A stretch of DNA of 64,000 bases from Myxococcota bacterium (lineage in GTDB: Bacteria > Myxococcota_A > UBA796 > SXON01), in contig JAZKFH010000015.1 in NCBI GenBank assembly GCA_040386535.1, forward strand, positions 96,001-160,000, given 5' to 3'. Shown one piece after another: positions 1 through 8,960 of the stretch. Position 1 is the stretch's first letter. The number at the start of each line of letters is the position of its first letter. The translations under genes were made by a program, and so were the position numbers. The notes under the pieces are model-generated. The model ran no database searches and was not told where the DNA came from. It saw nothing but the letters and a program-made list of their open reading frames with translations.

Positions 1-1058
1 CAAGCGACGCCGTTGCTGTCGGTGCCCTCGACGCGGACGGCCGGGCGGAGGCTCGGCGGGTGCGGCTTGTGCGGGGGCGGGCGGATGACGAGGCCCTCGG
101 CCTCGAGCATGTCCAGATCCATGTCCGCGGGGCGGCCGGCCGTGGTGAGGTAGTTCCCGAGCATGACGCCGTTCGCGCCGGCGCGGAAGATCTCGGACTG
201 GCGAGCGCCCATGTTCACGGCGCGGCCGCCGCACACGATGAGGTCCTTCGTGGGGAGGACCAGGCGGTAGAGCGCGATGATCCGGAGGCAGTCCTCGGGG
301 GTCAGGTCGTGTTTGTCGCCCAGCGGCGTGCCTGGGCGCGGGTTCAGGAAGTTCAGCGGGACGCTGTCGACGTCGAGATCGCGGAGCTCCATCGCCAGCT
401 CGACGCGCTGCTCCCACGACTCGCCCATGCCGAAGATGCCGCCGGAGCACGTGTACATGCCCAGCGACTTGGCGGCCTTGATCGTGTCGACCTCGTCGTC
501 GTAGGTGTGGGTCTGCACGATGTTCGCGTGGAACGACCGCGCGGTCTCGAGGTTGTGGTGCACGCTCTGGAGGCCGGCGGACTGCAGCTCGGCGAGGCCG
601 TCCTTCGACATGAGGCCGAGGGAGGCGCAGGTCTGCATCCCCGTCTCCGCGCGGATCGTGGCGACAGCCTCCTTGACGGCGTCGAGCTCCTTGCGGTTCG
701 TCATCGCCCGGCCGCTCGCGACCAGGGAGAACTCGCGCACGCCATTGTTCCAGGCCTCGCGCGCCTCGGCGACCATCGTGCCCGCGTCCTTCATCTGGTA
801 CTTCGGCGCGTCGGTCGTGTAGTGCGCCGACTGGCTGCAGAACGAGCACGCCTCGGCACACCGCCCACTCTTGGCGTTCGAGATGCCGCACGTGTTGACG
901 AAGTTGCCCTTGTGCTCGTGCCGCACGGCCTGGGCGGTGGCCCAGAGCGCCTCGAGCTCGTCGGGATCGGTCAGCGCGAGGATGGCGCGGGCCTCGTCGT
1001 CCGAGATGCCCTCGCCACGCTCACCGCGCGCGCGAATGTCGGCCCAGTCCAAACGCAT
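1..1058 (-). CDS. bioB: Biotin synthase (radical SAM); the stop codon appears to straddle the window edge
   Basis: Manual minus-strand translation from ATG 1058 gives SNAKSGRCAEACSFCSQSAHY (CxxxCxxC), HHNLET, CSGGIFGMGES, SVPLNFLNPRPGTP and GNYLTT. The frame stays open to the edge, ending GCT TG. Confidence 0.93.
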   Translation of the reverse strand, partial: MRLDWADIRARGERGEGISDDEARAILALTDPDELEALWATAQAVRHEHKGNFVNTCGISNAKSGRCAEACSFCSQSAHYTTDAPKYQMKDAGTMVAEAREAWNNGVREFSLVASGRAMTNRKELDAVKEAVATIRAETGMQTCASLGLMSKDGLAELQSAGLQSVHHNLETARSFHANIVQTHTYDDEVDTIKAAKSLGMYTCSGGIFGMGESWEQRVELAMELRDLDVDSVPLNFLNPRPGTPLGDKHDLTPEDCLRIIALYRLVLPTKDLIVCGGRAVNMGARQSEIFRAGANGVMLGNYLTTAGRPADMDLDMLEAEGLVIRPPPHKPHPPSLRPAVRVEGTDSNGVA

Positions 1059-1184
1059 CGGGAACTCCGGCAGGCCGGCCCCCTAGCGCGACGCGGCCTC
1101 CCGAGCCAGTCCGGAGGCGCTCCGGCGCATCGCGGAACACCACCGGCGGCCATCCGGGGACGGCGCGGGCCGCCCCCGGGGAGG

Positions 1185-1577
1185 CTACGACGCCTGCACC
1201 TGCTGCTCGACCTCGCGCAGGATCTGCGCGGCGGGGCCGGTGCGGTTGGCGCACAAGCAGCGCTTGTACGACTTCCAGAGCTCGGCCAGGTACGGGTCCT
1301 CGGCGAGGCGGTGCTCGTCGGGCTCGTTGTCGGTGATGGACAACTCGGCGCCACCCAGGGTGCGGCGCCGGTGGAGGGTGCGGAGGCCGTTGACGAAGTA
1401 GCTCGCGGCCTGAGGCTCGCCGCGACGGCGGAGCTCCATGAACACGCGCCAGAGAATGCTCTCCGGCAGAGAGGCAACGGTGTCGGGGGGAACTTTGAGG
1501 AGCCTCACTAGGTCACGGGTGGGGACTGAAAAGTCGATCTGGGGCACATCGTTCATGCAAACTCCCGGTTTCGGCAC
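1185..1577 (-). CDS. Hypothetical alpha-helical protein (start may be ATG 1556)
   Basis: 130 aa ORF with normal protein-like composition upstream of bioB; no family recognised. Confidence 0.7.
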   Translation of the reverse strand: MPKPGVCMNDVPQIDFSVPTRDLVRLLKVPPDTVASLPESILWRVFMELRRRGEPQAASYFVNGLRTLHRRRTLGGAELSITDNEPDEHRLAEDPYLAELWKSYKRCLCANRTGPAAQILREVEQQVQAS

Positions 1578-1750
1578 GGGTGAGACGCACGTTCAGCATA
1601 CCACGCCCGGAGAGTCGTTCGCCTACGTCTGGTGCGGCCGGCCGGGATCGTAGGGTGTCAGCCAACTATCCGGCCTTCCGCTGGCTACGGCTCACGACGC
1701 CTCCCCGCCGGGCCCCCGCCGGGCTGCCGCCCGCCGGTTAGGCCGGAGGC

Positions 1751-2908
1751 ATGTGGTTCCTGCTCGCGGCCTGCGCCTTCCGTCCGCCCGCGGAGACGCC
1801 CGCGCTCGTCGCCGCAGAGGGCCCGGTGCAGACCCTCCCGCTGCCCGCCGGCGAGGCCGTCCGGGTGGCCCTCCGCGCCGGCAGCGCCCACGATCCGCCC
1901 GGGCGGGAGGGCCTCGCCTGGGTCACGGCCCACGCCATCGCGGCGTCGGCCGGCGCGACCGTCGAGGTCGGCCCCGAGGTCATCGTCTTCTCCGTGTCCG
2001 CGGAGAGCGTGCCCGCCCTGGCCCTGGCGCTCGCCGCCCCCCCTTCGCCGGAGCGGATCGCCGCCGCGCGCCTCAACGCGGCCCAGGCGCTCGCCGACCT
2101 CGATTGCCGGGCGCTGGCAGAGCGCGCGTGGGACACCTGGATCTACACGGGGCACCCCTACGGCCACGCCCCCGAGGGTCGCCTCTCCGTGCTCCCGACC
2201 CTTACGGCGCAGGAGGTCGCGGCGTTTCAAGAGGTCCGGTACGTCCGCAGCGTAGCCGTCGTGGGCATCCCCGCCGGCGCGCCCGTCGATCCCGCCCTGT
2301 TCGGCTCGTTGCCCCCGCGGCTGTCCGTCTCACCCGTGCCCTCGGTGCGCTTGCCGCTCCCGGCCGCCAAAGTGCTCGTGGTCACCGCGGAGGGCAAACG
2401 TTGCCTCGTGGCGGGCCACCCCACCGCGGCGGACGCGGTTCCCGCCCCCACGGTCGACGCGCTGCTCGCCGGCCCCGACGCCTCCGTGGCCGCGCGCCGC
2501 CGCCAGCCTCGCCGCCTCGTCGCGCTCCCGCTCCCGCCCGGCTTCGACATCGCCCCCCGCGTCACCCAGGTGCTCGACGGTGCGTGGCTCCCCCTCTGGC
2601 AGGCCACCCGGGTCTTCGCGCCCGAGGCCACCGTCCCCGCCGCGAACGCGCTCGGGGACGAGCTGCTCGCCATGCACCCCTGGCCCTCGCTCGCGCGGCC
2701 CCTCGTGGGGAGCACGGGCACCACCACGTCGGACGTGACCACCGGCGCCGCCCCCACCGAGCCGGTCGACGCGTTGCTGGCCGCGTGGCTCACGCCTTCC
2801 CAGACGCGGGCGGTCGTGGTGCTGCCGGCCGACGAGCCGGCCGTCCTTGAATCTCTCGGCGCCCTGGGCGTCCAAGCGGCATTGCCCGCACAGGAGTTGT
2901 TCCAATGA
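1751..2908 (+). CDS. M16 (insulinase) family protein, non-catalytic type, lipoprotein
   Basis: AGSAHDPPGREGLAWVTAH and YTGHPYGHAPEG resemble M16 motifs; HxxEH is absent; MWFLLAAC lipobox; GGAGG SD. Confidence 0.7.
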   Translation: MWFLLAACAFRPPAETPALVAAEGPVQTLPLPAGEAVRVALRAGSAHDPPGREGLAWVTAHAIAASAGATVEVGPEVIVFSVSAESVPALALALAAPPSPERIAAARLNAAQALADLDCRALAERAWDTWIYTGHPYGHAPEGRLSVLPTLTAQEVAAFQEVRYVRSVAVVGIPAGAPVDPALFGSLPPRLSVSPVPSVRLPLPAAKVLVVTAEGKRCLVAGHPTAADAVPAPTVDALLAGPDASVAARRRQPRRLVALPLPPGFDIAPRVTQVLDGAWLPLWQATRVFAPEATVPAANALGDELLAMHPWPSLARPLVGSTGTTTSDVTTGAAPTEPVDALLAAWLTPSQTRAVVVLPADEPAVLESLGALGVQAALPAQELFQ

Positions 2909-3720
2909 TCCTCGCTCTCCTCCTCGGTTGCACCAGCGGCGACTTCTCCGCGTTCGTGCCGACGGTGAAGTTCCAACGCCTGGATCTCACGAGCATCGAT
3001 TTCGAGCGCATCAACGTCGACTTCGTGTTCGACATCGACAACCCCAACCCGATCGACATTCCGCTCTCGAGCTTCAGCTACGCGCTCGGCTTCGAGGGCG
3101 TGGAGGTGCTCTCGGGCGACGATCCGGACGGCCTGCAGATCGGCGCCGAGGGCACCAGCGAGCTCGCGCTCCCCATCGGGATCGACTTCGCCAACATCTT
3201 CGACGCCGCCACCGCCACGCGAGGGCTCGACTACATCGGGTTCGGCCTCCAGGGGAACTTCGGCTTCGACACCGACCTCGGCCCCGTCGCGATCGAGTTC
3301 GACGAGGAAGGGTCGTTCCCGGCGCTCCGCCTGCCGAAGTTCGACCTCGGGCAGCTGCGCGTCGAGTCCGCGTCGGGTACCGGCGTCGGGCTCGGGCTCG
3401 ACGTGAACATCGACAACGATCTCGGGTCGACGCTCGACTTCTCCAACCTCGACTTCACGATGAAGGTCGCCGGCGTCCGGCTCGGCGGGGGCACGATGGC
3501 GGTGGTCGACGAGGTGCCCGGCGCCTCGGTGAAGAAGGTCACGATCCCGCTCACCGTCGACTTCGAGGACGCCGCGAACGCGCTCGGCTCCGTCGCGAGC
3601 GGCGACCAGATCACGCTCGAGCTCGACGCGCTCATGGACGTCGACACGCCGTTCGGCGTGTTGCCCCTCTCGGTAGACGAGCGGGGCGATGTCGAGCTGG
3701 TCGACGAGACCTCGCGCTAG
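2905..3720 (+). CDS. LEA type 2 (WHy) tandem-domain lipoprotein
   Basis: FDIDNPNPIDIPLSSFSYAL and a second VNIDNDLG..LDF repeat; LLLGC lipobox; ATGA overlap with the upstream gene. Confidence 0.8.
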   Translation: MILALLLGCTSGDFSAFVPTVKFQRLDLTSIDFERINVDFVFDIDNPNPIDIPLSSFSYALGFEGVEVLSGDDPDGLQIGAEGTSELALPIGIDFANIFDAATATRGLDYIGFGLQGNFGFDTDLGPVAIEFDEEGSFPALRLPKFDLGQLRVESASGTGVGLGLDVNIDNDLGSTLDFSNLDFTMKVAGVRLGGGTMAVVDEVPGASVKKVTIPLTVDFEDAANALGSVASGDQITLELDALMDVDTPFGVLPLSVDERGDVELVDETSR

Positions 3721-3774
3721 CGTGGTAAGCGCGGCGTGAAAGCCGTTCGAGAGGAAATCGGGTAGCATCGGGCC

Positions 3775-5022
3775 ATGCCCATCTCCGAGTCCCTGACGCC
3801 CCGCGACATGCGCGGGCGGGCCCCGAACGAAGACGCCCTCGGGTTCGACCGCCTCGCCCGCTCCTTTTTGCGCACGCTCGTCCGCCAGGGCGCGGGCACC
3901 GTGGCCCACGTGCAGGGCGCGCCCGGCTCCGGCAAGACCGAGTTCATGCGGCGGTGCATGCACTTCGTGGAGATCGAGCGCGAGGCCCTCGGCGGCGACA
4001 TCGCGCCCGAGGTGTTCGGGGTGACCGCCTGGTACAACCCCTGGGTGTACGCCAAGCAGGGCAACCTGCTGGCCGGGCTCGTGGCGACCATCGCGCGCAC
4101 CGGCGGTACGAACAACCCCAGCCTGATCGACCGCGCGCGCGACATCGTCAGCCAGATGAACCGCATGCGCTTCGACGGCACCGTGCCCGAGAGCGCGGGC
4201 TCGGCGCTGACCCCCAACGACGCCGATCCCGTCGACCGCATGCGGCGTGGGCTGGTCCAGCTCGTCGAGCTGGTCAAGCAGAACCAGCGTGGCCGCCTCG
4301 TCGTGTTCGTGGCCGACCTCGACCAGCTCCCGGCGCCGGTGCGCCTGGCCTTCCTCGACGGCGTGCGCCTGCTGCTCGGCGGCGGCGCCGACATCGCGGT
4401 CGTCGTGTCGATGGGCCGCGAGGCCGGCCTCGCGTCCATCCGCTCGCGCGAGGGAGAGATCTCCACGCTCGCCGCGACCCGCATCCTCGACGAGATGGTC
4501 GACTTCACCGTCACCGTGCCGAAGGTCGACATCCGCCGCATCGGCAGCCTGTTGCGCCGCTACATCGGCGCCAACGAGATCGTGGTGCGGCGGGCCTTCG
4601 GGGAGGAGGCGATCAACGCGCTCACCGTGGCGGCGTCGCATCGCCAACTCGGCATCCCGCGCTTCCTCGAGCGGCTCTCGGCGCGGGTGCTGATGCTCTC
4701 CGACTACACCCTGGAGTCGCGCGCGATGCGCGAGCTCTCCGAGGCGCAGTGGTCGTGGGTGGTGCTCTCCGAGCGCTGGCCGGAGTTCCGCCGGTTCATG
4801 ATCCGCGGCGGCAAGGACCGCTGGCTCCAGCTCAAGCAGGCCGTGGCGGCCATGAACCCGGACGGCTCGCCGTCACGCGCGGGGGCGCCCGCCGAGATCG
4901 TGGACTGGCTGCGCCAGGACCCCCTGCTCGCGGACTACCTGCGCCTGCATGCCGACGGGCTCGACCGCGACAACATGGGTGTCTACTGGGTGGAAGACAC
5001 GTTGTTGCAAGCAGGGTTGTAG
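3775..5022 (+). CDS. KAP family P-loop NTPase
   Basis: DALGF N-terminus, Walker A GAPGSGKT, WYNPWVY and VVFVADLDQL, all typical of KAP NTPases. Confidence 0.75.
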   Translation: MPISESLTPRDMRGRAPNEDALGFDRLARSFLRTLVRQGAGTVAHVQGAPGSGKTEFMRRCMHFVEIEREALGGDIAPEVFGVTAWYNPWVYAKQGNLLAGLVATIARTGGTNNPSLIDRARDIVSQMNRMRFDGTVPESAGSALTPNDADPVDRMRRGLVQLVELVKQNQRGRLVVFVADLDQLPAPVRLAFLDGVRLLLGGGADIAVVVSMGREAGLASIRSREGEISTLAATRILDEMVDFTVTVPKVDIRRIGSLLRRYIGANEIVVRRAFGEEAINALTVAASHRQLGIPRFLERLSARVLMLSDYTLESRAMRELSEAQWSWVVLSERWPEFRRFMIRGGKDRWLQLKQAVAAMNPDGSPSRAGAPAEIVDWLRQDPLLADYLRLHADGLDRDNMGVYWVEDTLLQAGL

Positions 5023-5112
5023 GCAGGCGGGCCGGCTCTCCTCCGTCCGCCCGTCGAAGAACGTGCGCGGTAGAGGCCGTGGATGCTTGCCGTGGGGGCG
5101 CGCGGAGCATAG

Positions 5113-5132
5113 CTGAATGAGGATTCATTCAG
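5113..5132. promoter_or_regulatory. Palindromic operator of YsiA/FadR (TetR) type
   Basis: CTGAATGA-GGAT-TCATTCAG perfect inverted repeat overlapping the AGGAG SD of the fad operon. Confidence 0.7.
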
Positions 5133-5142
5133 GAGCGTCCGA

Positions 5143-7509
5143 ATGGCCATCAAGAAGGTCGCCGTCCTCGGGGCTGGCGTGATGGGGCAGGGCATCGCGG
5201 CTCACCTCGCCAACGCGGGCATCGACAGCCTGCTGTACGACATCCCCCCCAAGGAAGGAAATGATCCCCGCGCCGTCGCGAAGGCGGGCATCGCCAACCT
5301 ACCCAAGCTCAAGCCCGCCGCGCTCTACCGCGCCGCGGACGTGTCGCGGATCAGCCCGTGCGAGTACGAGGCCGACAAGGCCCGCCTCGCCGAGTGTGAC
5401 GTGATCATCGAGGTGGTCGCGGAGGTCCTCCCGATCAAGAAGAAGGTGTTCGCCTGGGTCGCGGCCAACCGCAAGCCCGGCAGCATCGTCTCCTCGAACA
5501 CCTCCGGCATCCCCATCGCGGCGATGACGGACGGCATGCCCGAGGAGCTGCGCCAGCACTTCCTCGTGACGCACTTCTTCAACCCCGTGCGCTACATGCG
5601 GCTCCTCGAGCTCGTCACGGGCCCGGAGACCAAGGCGGACGTTGTCGCCACGTGGCACGACTTCGGCGAGCGCGTGCTCGGCAAGGGCATCGTCTACGGC
5701 AAGGACACGCCGGCGTTCATCGCGAACCGCATCGGCACGTTCGGCATCACCTCGATCTTCCGGCACATGGTGGCCGGCGGCTTCACCGTCGAGCAGGTCG
5801 ACATGATCTGGGGCAAGCCCACGGGCCGCCCCGCCTCCGCCGTGTTCCGCACCGGCGATCTCGTCGGCCTGGACACGCTCAAGCACGTCATCGAGGGCAT
5901 CCACGCCGGGTGCCCGAACGACGAGCAGCGCGACACGTTCGTGGTGCCCGACTACCTCTCGGCCCTCATCGACCGCGGCGCGCTCGGCGAGAAGTCCGGC
6001 GCGGGCTTCTACAAGAAGGTGAAGAAGGAAGACGGCACGAGCGAGATCCTCGTGTTCGACCTCGGCACCCGCGAGTACCGCTCGCAGACCAAGGCGCGCT
6101 TCGACAGCCTCGGCGCGGCCCGCAAGGCGGAGAGCCCCGCCGAGAGCCTCAAGATCATCCTCAAGGGCACCGACGCCGCCGCGAAGTTCGTGTGGGACGT
6201 GACCGCCGACACCCTCATCTACGCGGCCAACCGCGTGGGCGAGATCGCGGACGACATCGTCAACATCGACCGCGGCATGCGCTGGGGCTTCGCCTGGGAC
6301 ATGGGCCCCTTCGAGAGCTGGGACGCCATCGGCGTGCCCGAGTCCGTGGCCCGCATGGAGGCCGAGGGCCGCGTGGTGCCGAAGTGGGTCAAGGACATGC
6401 TCGCCAGCGGGCGCACGTCCTTCTACGAGCGCGCCGCCACCGGCGAGAAGGAGCGGACCTTCTACACGGGCGGCGTAAAGCGCGTCCCGCAGAGCAACGG
6501 GCAGCTCCTCCTCGACGACGTGCGGGCGCGCGGCGGCGAAGTGGCGCGGAACGTGTCGGCGTCCATCCTCGACCTCGGGGACGGCGTGGCCTGCCTCGAG
6601 TTCCACAGCAAGATGAACGCGTTGGACGATCAGATCTTCCCCATGTACGAGAAGGCGCTCGACCTGCTCGACGCCGGGAAGTTCGACGCGCTGGTCGTCG
6701 GGAACCAGGGCGGCAACGCGTTCTGCGCGGGTGCCAACATCCTGATGATCCTGATGGGCGCGATGCAGCAGGACTGGAAGTCCATCGGCGACAGCGTCAC
6801 CGGCCTGCAGAACCTGCTCATGCGCGCCAAGTACAGCGACAAGCCCGTCGTCACCGCGCCCTGGGGCCTGACCCTCGGCGGCGGCGTCGAGGTCACCATG
6901 CACTCCGCGGCCACCCAGGGCGCGGGCGAGCTCTACGCCGGCCTCGTCGAGGTGGGCGTGGGCCTCATCCCCGCCGGCGGCGGCTGCAAGGAGATGTTGG
7001 CCCGCTACATGGGCGACATCCCCGCGGGCGTGGCGTACGACCCGAACCCGTTCGTGCAGAAGGCGTTCGAACACATCGCGATGGCGAAGGTCGCCACGAG
7101 CGGCGAGGAGGCCCGCGACGCCGGGTTCCTGCGGCCCTCCGACCGCCTCACGCTCGACGCCGACCGCCAGATCGGGGACGCGAAGCGCCTCGCCCTGGGC
7201 CTCGTCCAGGCGGGCTACAAGGCGCCCCGCCAGAAGACGTTCAAGCTCCCGGGCGCGTCCGGTCGCGCGGCGATCGAGCTGTTCCTCTACCAGATGCGCG
7301 AGGGCGGGTTCATCACCCCCTACGACATCGTGGTGTCGAAGAAGCTCGCGTGGGTGCTGACCGGCGGCGACATCCCGAACAACGCGGTCCGCACCGAGCA
7401 GGACATCCTCGATCTCGAGCGCGAGGCGTTCCTCTCGCTCTGCGGCAACGCCGAGACCGTGGCCCGCATCCAGCACATGCTCGAGAAGGGCAAGCCCCTC
7501 CGCAACTAG
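5143..7509 (+). CDS. fadN: 3-hydroxyacyl-CoA dehydrogenase / enoyl-CoA hydratase (FadN-type domain order)
   Basis: GAGVMG, SSNTSG, HFFNPVRYM, FIANRIG; C-terminal crotonase motifs FCAGAN, LGGGVE, GLVEVGVGLIPAGGG; ends KPLRN. Confidence 0.92.
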   Translation: MAIKKVAVLGAGVMGQGIAAHLANAGIDSLLYDIPPKEGNDPRAVAKAGIANLPKLKPAALYRAADVSRISPCEYEADKARLAECDVIIEVVAEVLPIKKKVFAWVAANRKPGSIVSSNTSGIPIAAMTDGMPEELRQHFLVTHFFNPVRYMRLLELVTGPETKADVVATWHDFGERVLGKGIVYGKDTPAFIANRIGTFGITSIFRHMVAGGFTVEQVDMIWGKPTGRPASAVFRTGDLVGLDTLKHVIEGIHAGCPNDEQRDTFVVPDYLSALIDRGALGEKSGAGFYKKVKKEDGTSEILVFDLGTREYRSQTKARFDSLGAARKAESPAESLKIILKGTDAAAKFVWDVTADTLIYAANRVGEIADDIVNIDRGMRWGFAWDMGPFESWDAIGVPESVARMEAEGRVVPKWVKDMLASGRTSFYERAATGEKERTFYTGGVKRVPQSNGQLLLDDVRARGGEVARNVSASILDLGDGVACLEFHSKMNALDDQIFPMYEKALDLLDAGKFDALVVGNQGGNAFCAGANILMILMGAMQQDWKSIGDSVTGLQNLLMRAKYSDKPVVTAPWGLTLGGGVEVTMHSAATQGAGELYAGLVEVGVGLIPAGGGCKEMLARYMGDIPAGVAYDPNPFVQKAFEHIAMAKVATSGEEARDAGFLRPSDRLTLDADRQIGDAKRLALGLVQAGYKAPRQKTFKLPGASGRAAIELFLYQMREGGFITPYDIVVSKKLAWVLTGGDIPNNAVRTEQDILDLEREAFLSLCGNAETVARIQHMLEKGKPLRN

Positions 7510-7547
7510 CCCTTCGGCAGCCGGTCCGTCCGGCAACAGGAGATCCC

Positions 7548-8717
7548 ATGCGTCAGCGTGAAGTCGTCGTCGTCGCCGCGGTTCGTTCCGCGGTCGGGAA
7601 GAGCGGGCGCGGCAGCCTCAAGGACACCCGTCCGGACGAGCTGCTGGGCCAGGTCATGCGCGGAGCGCTCGCGAAGGTGCCGGGGCTCGATCCCGCCCTC
7701 ATCGACGACGTGGTCATGGGCTCCGCCATGCCCGAGGCCGAGCAGGGCATGAACGTCGCGCGCATCGCGTCGTTCATCGCCGGCCTGCCCGACAGCGTGT
7801 CGGCCGTCACCGTGAACCGCTTCTGCAGCTCCGGCCTCCAGTCCCTCGCGCAGGCCGCTTCGGCGATCAGCGCCGGGTGGCAGGACGTCGCGCTCACCGG
7901 CGGCGTCGAGAGCATGAGCCAGATCGCGATGGGCGGCCAGAAGCCGTCGCCGCACCCGGGCCTCATGGAGACCCGCCCCGAGGCCTACACCCCGATGGGC
8001 ATCACCGCGGAGAACGTCGCGGAGCGCTTCGGCGTGACCCGCGAGGAGCAGGACCGTTTCGCGGTCGCCTCCCACCAGAAGGCGCTCGCCGCCATCCGGG
8101 AGGGCCGCTTCGTCGACGAGATCATCCCCATCCAGACCCGCGTCTCGACCGACGGCGGCTGGAAGGACCTGACCTTCTCGGTCGACGAGGGGCCGCGCGG
8201 CGACACGTCGTTCGAGGGGCTCTCGAAGCTCAAGCCGGCGTTCAAGGTGGGCGGCACGGCCACGGCCGGCAACTCGTCCCAGACGAGCGACGGCGCGGCC
8301 GCCACCATCATCATGGCGCGGGAAGTGGCGGAGCGCCTCGGCCTTCCCATCCTCGGCGTGCTGCGCTCCTACCAGGTGGCCGGCGTGCCCCCCGAGATCA
8401 TGGGCATCGGCCCCGTGGCGGCGATCCCCAAGGCCCTCGCCAAGGCGGGCCTGACCGTCGCCGACATCGATCTGGTCGAGCTCAACGAGGCGTTCGCCGC
8501 CCAGGCCGTCTACTGCGTGCGCGAGCTCGGCTTCGACCCGGCCAAGGTCAACGTGAACGGCGGGGCCATCGCCCTCGGCCACCCCCTCGGCTGCTCCGGC
8601 GCCAAGCTCGTCGCCTCGCTCCTGCACGAGATGCCGCGCCGCAACGCGCGCTACGGCGTCGTGAGCATGTGCATCGGCGGGGGGATGGGGGCTGCCGCTG
8701 TGTTCGAGCGCGAATAG
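7548..8717 (+). CDS. fadA: Acetyl-CoA C-acyltransferase (3-ketoacyl-CoA thiolase)
   Basis: NRFCSSG, NEAFA, GHPLG, SMCIGGG; AGGAG SD before ATG 7548. Confidence 0.95.
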   Translation: MRQREVVVVAAVRSAVGKSGRGSLKDTRPDELLGQVMRGALAKVPGLDPALIDDVVMGSAMPEAEQGMNVARIASFIAGLPDSVSAVTVNRFCSSGLQSLAQAASAISAGWQDVALTGGVESMSQIAMGGQKPSPHPGLMETRPEAYTPMGITAENVAERFGVTREEQDRFAVASHQKALAAIREGRFVDEIIPIQTRVSTDGGWKDLTFSVDEGPRGDTSFEGLSKLKPAFKVGGTATAGNSSQTSDGAAATIIMAREVAERLGLPILGVLRSYQVAGVPPEIMGIGPVAAIPKALAKAGLTVADIDLVELNEAFAAQAVYCVRELGFDPAKVNVNGGAIALGHPLGCSGAKLVASLLHEMPRRNARYGVVSMCIGGGMGAAAVFERE

Positions 8718-8788
8718 CGCTCGATAGGGGGCGCTCGATAATCACGCTTCCCCCGCAGGGAAGGCGCTCCGACGAATGATCGGGGAAC

Positions 8789-8831
8789 AGGGGTGAAGAT
8801 GCAAAATGTTGCGTCTTCACCCCTTTCGTTT
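8789..8831 (+). terminator. Intrinsic terminator-like hairpin downstream of fadA
   Basis: AGGGGTGAAGATGCAA-AATG-TTGCGTCTTCACCCCT 16-bp stem (one G-U pair) followed by TTCGTTT. Confidence 0.7.
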
Positions 8832-8960
8832 GTGAGGCTGCACAGCGCGACGTCATGGGACGAATGGCGGGGACTCGGGGTTCAGGGGGCTCCGCCCACG
8901 CCGGTGGGGGGCGCACAAGCGTCCATGCCGGCGCTACACTGAGTCAGTTCCCGGACAACG

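Noticed and set aside
60..1511. 483-aa plus-strand ORF
   Set aside because: Antisense shadow of bioB; stop-poor because of high GC
5652..7547. N-terminal extension of the thiolase ORF suggesting a fusion or frameshift
   Set aside because: Off-frame overlap with fadN; a good SD precedes ATG 7548
8796..8817. AAGATGCAAAATGTTGCGTCTT as an NsrR box
   Set aside because: One base short of the 11-1-11 spacing, lies inside a terminator-like stem, and is far from NO genes
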